From Promethearchaeota archaeon (GTDB lineage Archaea > Asgardarchaeota > Heimdallarchaeia > Hodarchaeales > Hodarchaeaceae): 64,000 nt of DNA. The position numbers were made by a program, and so were the translations under genes. The stretch covers positions 96,001 through 160,000 of the forward strand of contig JBHLMN010000008.1 in assembly GCA_048938105.1 (NCBI GenBank). Reading direction: 5' to 3'. Shown piece by piece: positions 56,761-64,000 of the stretch (positions are counted from its first letter, which is position 1; every line of letters begins with the position of its first letter). The notes below the pieces were generated by a model. That model saw only the letters and a program-made list of their open reading frames with translations. It had not been told where the DNA came from and searched no databases.

Positions 56761-59736
56761 TTGAATTTTTTCAGCCCAAAACATTTAGTACATTCTTTCT
56801 TAGTTATTTTTTGTCTTTTTAGTGCTTTTCTAGCAATATCAGCTTGTGCTCTCAATCCAAATAACCCAAAACATGTACTAACTGTTAATAACCAAACTTC
56901 AAGTATAAATCTTCACGTAATTGACACTTTTGGGAATTCAGTCCAAAATGCTTCAGTTTGGCTATATGGAGAGGAAAATATTGACTCAGCTCAGGGCCAA
57001 TATCAATTAGCCGCATATCCAACAGAAACAGGACGATATGGAAATGTTTCAATTCCAATAATTCTAAAGCAGTCACAATATTTACTAATATCACGTGTCC
57101 ATATTAATGAGTCAGTGGTTAACTTTGGAGCGGTAAGAATTATTTCAAATCAAAGTTCTGAGCTATTTATTACCTTAATTTTACATTCATATTCTGAAAT
57201 TAGAATTTCTGGCACGTTTTGGTTGATAGAAAAACCTCAAAGGGATTTCGAAGGTTTTCAATTATCAGTTGTTCCAGAATCGTCAATTGATCTCCCAATC
57301 TTCGGAAAACCTTTGGAAGGAACTGAATTTGAAGGTGTTGTATATTTACCTCAAGAAATCGACTACACTCTCCACATTACCGCCTTTACAGCAAATGATG
57401 TTTCCCCTTGGACTATTATCAACTTAAATTCATCAAAAATTATATCGTTCATCAAATTGGGAAATATGTCAATTTCTGAGATTTCAATACAACAAAACTT
57501 AGGTTTCATTTGGAGTGAAATTGGATTAACTAATCATGAAATAAAAAAATTACAACAACTTGGATTTTATACTATTACGTACGAAACAACAATGAATGAA
57601 GTACGTCAACTTTATAATGAAGCAGAAGTTAAGTATCGAGATTCAAACTATAGTATATCCCATTATTACCTTCGAGAGGCCTATCTAAAGTTAAAGAATG
57701 TGAAAGACTCGCTATCTTACGTTACAAACGTATCCAAAAACAGTATTTTGATTTTATGGGGGATTATGGGCGTTTTTTCTCTTATTTTAGGGTGGTTTTT
57801 CAGTGAGAAATTCCCTAGATTGTTAGCTATCTATTTAATTACTCACGCTTGTCTTGCTATTTTCCTTTTCATATTTTTTCCTGCTATGAAATCCGTGAAT
57901 CCGAATGAGTTGATTTTTTTCCCCTTGGTTACTATTTTTATAATCCCTATTAGCTATCAATTATTTAATTGGCTATCAAAGGAAGATCAAACAGAAGATC
58001 CTCAAATTCTCTCTACATTTATAGCTAGTTTTTCCCTAGCTAAAAGAAATCTAAAAAGGCGAAAATTTAGGAGTATTCTAACTGCTTCAAGTATCGTCAT
58101 TATGATATTTGGATTTATCGCTTTGACAAGTTTTGGTTCCCATTCGCAAGTGATTTTTCAGTCAATACCTCGGATTCATGGGAGTCCTTCCTCTGACGGT
58201 CTTTTGATAAGAAGTGCTAATTATTCAAAAGGATATATATCTACTTCAACTCCTTTTGATGACCTTTCACATAACGAATTTGATATTGAACCTCCAGAGG
58301 GGTTTGAGATTCTTACTATCAGTGAACGGTGGGAAAATTATCCTGTGTGGGGGAATTACGGACAAGGATCGCTTCTAAATGAAAATAATGTGTTTAATAT
58401 CTCTGGTATTCTAGGATTCTCTTTTACCAAAGAAAATACATTCACGAATTTTACTCAAATGTTAACAGAGGGAAGACTTCCTTCTAGCTCTGATGAAGCA
58501 CTCTTACCCTCATATTTAAAACAAAAAGGTCTTTTGATCAATAGTTCAGTTCTTATTACCAGTATTACCCCAAAGGCGACATTTGGAGTTAGGATCTCTG
58601 GATTTTATGATGAAGAAAAATATGCTACTGCCATTGATTTAGATGGTTATTTTATGCGTCCTCAATACTTGTCCATATCGCAATCAGGTCCAGTAGCTTC
58701 GGCAGCAGATCCGAATCATCTGATTTTTATTACAGCTGAGAAAGCTAAACTTCTTAATTCAGTTCATCTCAATCGCATAAATATTAAATTAGTTCAATCA
58801 AGCCTCATTGATTATCGTTTCCTTGGAACATATTTTGCTGTTTCTATTGGTTTTGAAGCGTGGATAAGTCATGAAGGAACGATTAAACGTGCTTATTATG
58901 GAGAGAGTTTAATAGTAGAAGGTATAGAACCCATTGTTATCATAATGGTTGTAACAAGTCTGACAATAGCAAATGTCATGTACCGAAGGATCATTGAAAG
59001 AAGAAAGGAAATATATACTTCTAATGCTATCGGACTGAATCCAGCTCATATTACATTCATATTCTTTGGCGAAAGTCTAGTACTAGGTTTAATTGCTGGT
59101 GTTATTGGATATATTCTAGGTGTAAGTTCATATACTCTGTTCATATTCTTTAATCTCAATCTCACAGTAATTCCTAAAATTGAGGTAAGTTGGTCGATTT
59201 TTGCAATAATTTTCGCAGTAATAGTATCAATAGTCAGCTCTGTCTTACCCTCTTATTCAGCAGCAAAATCTGTCTCTTCCATGCATGTAAGAAAATGGTC
59301 TAAAGACAAGAAAATGAGTCCAGTTATGGAAGAAGGGAGTTACTCCTTTTTAATACCTATTCGCATTCATGAGTCGCAAGTAAAGGATTTTTTAGAATTT
59401 ATAGAGCGCATATTCTCTTCGAATACTTCCCCACGAATGACATTTCATACACAAGAGGTTTTAAAGAAAGAAAAGGATATACCTGATGCATATGATTTAA
59501 CAATATGTTTTAATCTTCGTGTTAGTCAGAAGGGCCATTCTCGAGCATTTCCAATGGATTGCGAACTTTTCCTTACAAGAACGAGTAGTCGCTTCTTTGA
59601 ACCACATGTTATAAGTAATTATCCTTCTAGTTTTGGAAATCCTCCAAAGGGGTACGATAAACTCGTAGAACTAGTTATTTCCCATATCAGAAAGCAAATA
59701 TTAGTTTGGGATGCAAATCAACATATGTTAAAATAA
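56761..59736 (+). CDS. Giant FtsX/MacB-like permease with an extra N-terminal extracellular region
   Basis: SLAKRNLKRRKFRSILT (MacB TM1), ERRKEIY..NAIGLNP, VLPSY.AAK, and N-terminal VIDTFGN.V.NASV.L Ig-like start. Confidence 0.85.
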   Translation: MNFFSPKHLVHSFLVIFCLFSAFLAISACALNPNNPKHVLTVNNQTSSINLHVIDTFGNSVQNASVWLYGEENIDSAQGQYQLAAYPTETGRYGNVSIPIILKQSQYLLISRVHINESVVNFGAVRIISNQSSELFITLILHSYSEIRISGTFWLIEKPQRDFEGFQLSVVPESSIDLPIFGKPLEGTEFEGVVYLPQEIDYTLHITAFTANDVSPWTIINLNSSKIISFIKLGNMSISEISIQQNLGFIWSEIGLTNHEIKKLQQLGFYTITYETTMNEVRQLYNEAEVKYRDSNYSISHYYLREAYLKLKNVKDSLSYVTNVSKNSILILWGIMGVFSLILGWFFSEKFPRLLAIYLITHACLAIFLFIFFPAMKSVNPNELIFFPLVTIFIIPISYQLFNWLSKEDQTEDPQILSTFIASFSLAKRNLKRRKFRSILTASSIVIMIFGFIALTSFGSHSQVIFQSIPRIHGSPSSDGLLIRSANYSKGYISTSTPFDDLSHNEFDIEPPEGFEILTISERWENYPVWGNYGQGSLLNENNVFNISGILGFSFTKENTFTNFTQMLTEGRLPSSSDEALLPSYLKQKGLLINSSVLITSITPKATFGVRISGFYDEEKYATAIDLDGYFMRPQYLSISQSGPVASAADPNHLIFITAEKAKLLNSVHLNRINIKLVQSSLIDYRFLGTYFAVSIGFEAWISHEGTIKRAYYGESLIVEGIEPIVIIMVVTSLTIANVMYRRIIERRKEIYTSNAIGLNPAHITFIFFGESLVLGLIAGVIGYILGVSSYTLFIFFNLNLTVIPKIEVSWSIFAIIFAVIVSIVSSVLPSYSAAKSVSSMHVRKWSKDKKMSPVMEEGSYSFLIPIRIHESQVKDFLEFIERIFSSNTSPRMTFHTQEVLKKEKDIPDAYDLTICFNLRVSQKGHSRAFPMDCELFLTRTSSRFFEPHVISNYPSSFGNPPKGYDKLVELVISHIRKQILVWDANQHMLK

Positions 59737-59784
59737 AAACCTCTTGCTTTGAGCTTAAAATGAATATGATTGAAGCTTATTCAG

Positions 59785-60531
59785 CTAGTTGATCTCGTAA
59801 GTAAAGGGAAAATCTTCATAGGTTATCATAACTTTCATTCTCTTTTGAGTTCGAGTTATTTCCCCATCTCTTAACCAAGATACTTTATCAGCAATATCAA
59901 TGAGTTTGAGATCATGAGTACTGTTAATTACTGTTACTCCTGTTTCCTGGTTTAGTTCTCTTAACAGTTCCACTATTTGAAAACCTGTGTGAAGATCTAA
60001 ATTTGCAGTTGGTTCATCAGCTAGAATTATTGGCGGTTCATTTGCTAAGGCTCGAGCAATAGCGACTCGTTGTTGCTGTCCTCCTGATAGCTCATTAGGT
60101 TTATGATTATAGCGTCCTTCTAATCCTACTCTCTTGAGGACTTCTTTTCCTCTTTTCTTGCGCTCTTCTAAGGATAAACCTTTGAAAACCATTGGAATCA
60201 TAACGTTGTCTAAAGCAGTAAGTACTGGAATTAAATTAAATGTCTGAAAGATGAAACCAATTTTATAAACTCTTATAGAAGCCATTTCATTTGCATTCAT
60301 CCCCGTTAATGATTCACCGTCAATTATAACTTTACCTTTAGTTGGAGTGTCAAGAGCTCCAACCATATTAAGTAAGGTCGTTTTTCCAGAGCCACTAGGT
60401 CCCATAATTACTCTATATTCACCTCGGGGAATATCTTCTGACAATCCCCGCAGGGCATGGACATTTTCTCCCCTTAAGAAATATGTTTTCCAGACATCTT
60501 GCAGAGATATTACAGTATCCTTGTTTCCCAT
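59785..60531 (-). CDS. LolD/MacB-type ABC ATPase
   Basis: [32 protein letters not shown] and STHD. Confidence 0.93.
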   Translation of the reverse strand: MGNKDTVISLQDVWKTYFLRGENVHALRGLSEDIPRGEYRVIMGPSGSGKTTLLNMVGALDTPTKGKVIIDGESLTGMNANEMASIRVYKIGFIFQTFNLIPVLTALDNVMIPMVFKGLSLEERKKRGKEVLKRVGLEGRYNHKPNELSGGQQQRVAIARALANEPPIILADEPTANLDLHTGFQIVELLRELNQETGVTVINSTHDLKLIDIADKVSWLRDGEITRTQKRMKVMITYEDFPFTYEIN

Positions 60532-60561
60532 TATTCTTCCTTCATTAGTTTAAACTATCGC

Positions 60562-61278
60562 CTATACTTCCACTTCAATTCGTGTTTCGATCCTTTCTAC
60601 TCGACCGCTCCTAATCCAGAGAATACGATCAGAAATATCTATCATCTTTAAATCATGAGTTGAGGTCACAATTGTCGTGCCTCTTTCCTTATTTAATTGC
60701 CGAAGCAGTTCGATTATTTCTAATCCAGTCTCTAAATCAAGATTTCCAGTTGGTTCATCTGCTAAAATAATCGATGGGTCATTTGCTAATGCACGTGCTA
60801 TAGCTACTCGTTGTTGTTGGCCTCCAGACAGTTCTGCAGGCTTATGATCTAATCGATCTCCCAAACCAACGATATCCAACAATTCAGTAGCTTTTTTTCG
60901 CCTTTCTTCCCTTGGGGTACCCGTAAATATCATAGGCAATTCTAAATTCTCTAGAGCTGACAGTACAGGTAGGAGGTTAAAAGTTTGGAAAATATAACCA
61001 ATTTTTCGGGCTCGTAACCATGCTAATTCATAAGCATCTAATTTAGATATATCTACCTCATCGATATATACCTTACCACTCTCAGGTTTGTCCAATCCAC
61101 CAATAATATTGAAAAGTGTGGTTTTACCACTTCCAGAAGGCCCCATTATTGACATATATTCTCCCCTTTGTACTTTCATAGTGACACCCCGAAGAGCAGG
61201 AACAGAGATTATACCACCTTCAAGATAATAGGTTTTTTCAACATCTCTTGTTTCAATGGTATATTCATAATATTCCAT
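60562..61278 (-). CDS. LolD/MacB-type ABC ATPase
   Basis: Same motifs as the neighbour. AGGAGG RBS places the start at ATG 61278, not 61347. Confidence 0.93.
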   Translation of the reverse strand: MEYYEYTIETRDVEKTYYLEGGIISVPALRGVTMKVQRGEYMSIMGPSGSGKTTLFNIIGGLDKPESGKVYIDEVDISKLDAYELAWLRARKIGYIFQTFNLLPVLSALENLELPMIFTGTPREERRKKATELLDIVGLGDRLDHKPAELSGGQQQRVAIARALANDPSIILADEPTGNLDLETGLEIIELLRQLNKERGTTIVTSTHDLKMIDISDRILWIRSGRVERIETRIEVEV

Positions 61279-61295
61279 GTTATTATTGTACCTCC

Positions 61296-61904
61296 TTATA
61301 CTTCGAACCGTAAAGCTTCTGCTGGATCTAGTCTTGCTCCTCGCCAAATTGGATAAAGACTAGCAACAACGCTTGAAATAATCCCAATTAGAATTGATAA
61401 CAATATTAAGGAAGGAATTAGACCTACATCTGAAATTAATGCTTCGACAACTTTATCTAAACCGAAACGATAGGAATAAATTGCGCCACCAGTGATAATA
61501 CCGATTAACGAGCCAATTAATCCTCCTATAGCTCCTAAAATTATTGATTCGATTAAAAACATCTTTAAGATGTGAGAAAAAGTTCCTCCCAAGGTTTTAT
61601 ATACACCTATTTCTTTTGTCCTTTCGGTTACTGCCATTAGCATTGAATTTGTTATTCCTACTAATGCGACAAGGAGTGATATTCCTGCTAACCACCATGT
61701 ATATTCAGCAATAGCAGTACTCTCCCTTTCTATATAATTTAAGATATTACTCATAATTAATAAGGCTGTGAGAAAAGCTAAACCAAGAATAATGCCAAAA
61801 GATGTGATTATACTCCTTGATGGTCGTTTGGTTATATTTTCTGTTGATATTTTAATTGCTTCACTTAAAGGAAACTTGCTTCGGGGGAGTTTTACTTTAC
61901 CCAA
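61296..61904 (-). CDS. Minimal FtsX-like permease (no extracellular domain)
   Basis: RSIITSFGIILG, GITNSMLMAVTERTKEIG..KTLG, FLIES and SLYP...A.LDPAEALR. Confidence 0.9.
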   Translation of the reverse strand: MGKVKLPRSKFPLSEAIKISTENITKRPSRSIITSFGIILGLAFLTALLIMSNILNYIERESTAIAEYTWWLAGISLLVALVGITNSMLMAVTERTKEIGVYKTLGGTFSHILKMFLIESIILGAIGGLIGSLIGIITGGAIYSYRFGLDKVVEALISDVGLIPSLILLSILIGIISSVVASLYPIWRGARLDPAEALRFEV

Positions 61905-61945
61905 TACTAATCATTCCTTAAAGAGGTTAGTAATGAGAGGAATTA

Positions 61946-62296
61946 CTAAACAAGCTTATGCCATTCAACATGATTTTGTACGAGATCAATGAGCTGTTTT
62001 TTCAATATTTCTGCAGCTTTTTTTTCTGTTAATCTGGTCGCATTCCAAGTTACAAATGGTACATAAAATACAGCCTGATTTAATTTGATCTGTTTTTTTG
62101 GTGTGTCAATTTTTTCAAATGTAATGAACCCAAGCTCACGTAAATAGCAGGTATCATTAGGACAGAGGATATCAATCTCATTCATTTCTTTTTTCAGAAA
62201 GAGTAACTGGTAATCTTCAGTACTTTCTATCATTTTTCCACAAGGGCACTGTACAGTATTTTTTTGAGAGTTTTCAGTCTTTTGCAATGCAACCAC
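61946..62296 (-). CDS. Hypothetical Cys-containing protein (CPC..CPNxxC)
   Basis: 116-aa ORF co-oriented with the ABC genes, with four Cys in two clusters. Confidence 0.72.
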   Translation of the reverse strand: MVALQKTENSQKNTVQCPCGKMIESTEDYQLLFLKKEMNEIDILCPNDTCYLRELGFITFEKIDTPKKQIKLNQAVFYVPFVTWNATRLTEKKAAEILKKQLIDLVQNHVEWHKLV

Positions 62297-62450
62297 ATGA
62301 TGTCCTTCATTGTAGTAAATTTTCTTATTCTATTATTTCGACTATTTTAAACATTCTTATCACTATTTATTAAAAACTATTCCTTGAAGCTAATTATTTA
62401 ACTTTACTCAAGAACTGATTTGAATAACATACTTTAACAAGGAGAAGAAA

Positions 62451-63407
62451 ATGGTAAAAACAGCTGGTTGGGATAAACTCACTTTTCAAGTTCCTGAGGA
62501 TTGGCAATTATCAATTAGTAAAAGGAGCGATGAAAAGAATAAGCAAAAAGGGCTGTTCATACTAAAGAACCTTGACCAGCAGATACAGATGAGTGTTAAA
62601 TGGGAACAGATACCAAAAAAGGCGCCAAATCCTAAGATTATCATTGATTCTTTCATTAAAGATTTAAGAAAGAAATATTCAAAAAAAACTCCTATAGTCA
62701 TTCGTTCTCGTAGGAAAATCAAAATTAAAGGCCATGACGCGGATTATGTTTTTTTTGAGAGTAAGAAGAAGAAAGAGCAAGCTATCGTTATTTCATGGAT
62801 TTGTACTCCTCATGAACGGATTTTCTTGAGTTTTTGGCCTTTTAAAATAGAGAAAAACGTGAATAATAAGAATAAAATAGACAAAATTATTGAATCTATT
62901 GAATGTCACTCCGAATGGGTTTACTGGACTGGCCCAGGTATCAGTATCAGAGTACCATCAGAGTTAGAATTAAAAGATTCCTCATTTGTTATAGGTACAT
63001 CTTACCTGCACTTCATTAATGAAAATAATTCTTTTTATATCGAAAGAATAGGTTTAGCGAAACAAAGGATGGCAAAATATGTTGATCTCCTAGAATTTTA
63101 TGAATCTGAATATATTCCTAAGATGGAAAAAAGAATTGATGGATTTACGTATAAAAAGCCAAAAAAGTTTAAAACACGAAGAAAAGCAATAAATGAGATC
63201 TGGAAAAGCTTTTCATTCGTTAAAACTGGAAAATTCTTGAAAAAAGAACAAGTTCCAGTGATTCAATATTTCTGGCATAATGTTTCACTGAACTGTTTTT
63301 TTATTATTGCCACTGATTTAAGATCACCTGAAATTAGAATTTCCAGTCTGAAACCTAAGCAAGTGTTTGGATCGTTATTAAAACAACTTTTTACCCAAAA
63401 CAACTGA
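62451..63407 (+). CDS. Hypothetical basic protein with two repeated domains (PsbP/Mog1-like start motifs)
   Basis: AAGGAG RBS; WDKLTFQVPEDWQL and WTGPGISIRVPSELEL begin the two halves. Confidence 0.7.
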   Translation: MVKTAGWDKLTFQVPEDWQLSISKRSDEKNKQKGLFILKNLDQQIQMSVKWEQIPKKAPNPKIIIDSFIKDLRKKYSKKTPIVIRSRRKIKIKGHDADYVFFESKKKKEQAIVISWICTPHERIFLSFWPFKIEKNVNNKNKIDKIIESIECHSEWVYWTGPGISIRVPSELELKDSSFVIGTSYLHFINENNSFYIERIGLAKQRMAKYVDLLEFYESEYIPKMEKRIDGFTYKKPKKFKTRRKAINEIWKSFSFVKTGKFLKKEQVPVIQYFWHNVSLNCFFIIATDLRSPEIRISSLKPKQVFGSLLKQLFTQNN

Positions 63408-63636
63408 TTATTCTTTTAGAAGTAGAATTACCGATAAAAGTACAGAGGAATTTTACACTTTCATTTCTAATCAGTTTTTTCTAATCCTTGTATTTATTTT
63501 CGATAAAAAAAAAGAGAAAATGTTTTTTTGCAACATAAAAATTAAAAGGTAATCTACATCCATTTCATCTAATCCCATCATTACATCAGAACATCTAGAA
63601 TTAACGTAAAAAACCATTGAACAGGTGTTTTAATTG

Positions 63637-64000
63637 ATGTTTTCCAAAAAACACCAAATTATTATTACTTTGTTATTTATACTTTATATTGTTATAGCTT
63701 TTATGGAGAATGATTTTAGTTCAAATCATTTGATTAGTAGTGAACCTTTTAGTAGTTATGAATTAAGAGACAATGAACTAGAACCATTCACCATAAAAAA
63801 TGATCCTCTTTTCGATTTAGAAGTAAATGCTAAAATTGAAAGTACGCTTTTATCATCAACCGAGAGAAAGAATATTGAAGATCATATCAAAGCATTAAGT
63901 TTTGAAGAGATGGGGTATCAGGGGAGTAGGGTTACCTGTTATGGTCAGGGTTTAACCCAAGCAACTTCTGATCCTCAATATATGAACGATTTTTATGATG
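63637..64000 (+). CDS. Exported protein beginning with an M28-peptidase-like domain (partial)
   Basis: Not in the ORF track. AGGTG RBS; MFSKKHQIIITLLFILYIVIAF signal/TM, then NIEDHIKALS...GSRVTCYG; open to the window end. Confidence 0.65.
   Translation, partial: MFSKKHQIIITLLFILYIVIAFMENDFSSNHLISSEPFSSYELRDNELEPFTIKNDPLFDLEVNAKIESTLLSSTERKNIEDHIKALSFEEMGYQGSRVTCYGQGLTQATSDPQYMNDFYD

Noticed and set aside
61279-61347. N-terminal extension MARSKTRSSRS... of the ABC ATPase
   Set aside because: It overlaps the upstream permease, and a strong AGGAGG RBS supports ATG 61278.
1-64000. tRNA, rRNA, IS elements, integrases
   Set aside because: No GC-rich structural RNA, cloverleaf, transposase or recombinase motif was recognised by eye; a covariance-model scan would be needed to exclude small RNAs.

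Overview
This window is AT-rich (by eye about 35% GC) and gene-dense. It looks archaeal, most likely Asgard (Heimdallarchaeia/Hodarchaeales-like). That assignment is an inference from TATA-box promoters, GGTGA/GGAGG ribosome-binding sites, frequent TTG starts, PGF-CTERM surface proteins, and TPR and NosD-repeat proteins. I found no rRNA, tRNA, CRISPR array or mobile element. From 1 to 32 kb the genes are mostly metabolic: a 7TM/PAS sensor (partial), a xanthine-dehydrogenase-family operon with MoaD-like and MocA genes, YhhN, a GGR-like reductase, an atypical P-type ATPase, a C69 peptidase, a DtxR regulator, a hydantoin racemase/decarboxylase/O-methyltransferase cluster, an allantoinase/dihydroorotase-like enzyme, MaoC, AbgB-like, NosD, TPR, acyl-CoA ligase and SurE. 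From 32 to 46 kb there is a PGF-CTERM protein, an enolase-superfamily enzyme, a MacB/FtsX-type ABC operon, MeaB, an ion transporter, and a small Cys-rich protein with a structured leader. The best candidate for an undescribed system runs from 46 to 64 kb. Three large membrane-anchored surface proteins, two with DOMON/glucodextranase-like domains, are transcribed divergently from a module of Zn-ribbon protein, stand-alone PqqD/RRE protein, giant and minimal FtsX permeases, two LolD-type ATPases, two hypotheticals and an M28-like exported protein truncated at the window edge. Other highlights: a P-type ATPase with the Ca2+ site remodelled (PINIP instead of PEGLP), probable ATA start codons, a MoaD-like protein with a masked di-Gly, a multi-branch 5' leader RNA, and two candidate operators. 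All family assignments come from motif recognition by eye; no database searches were run.
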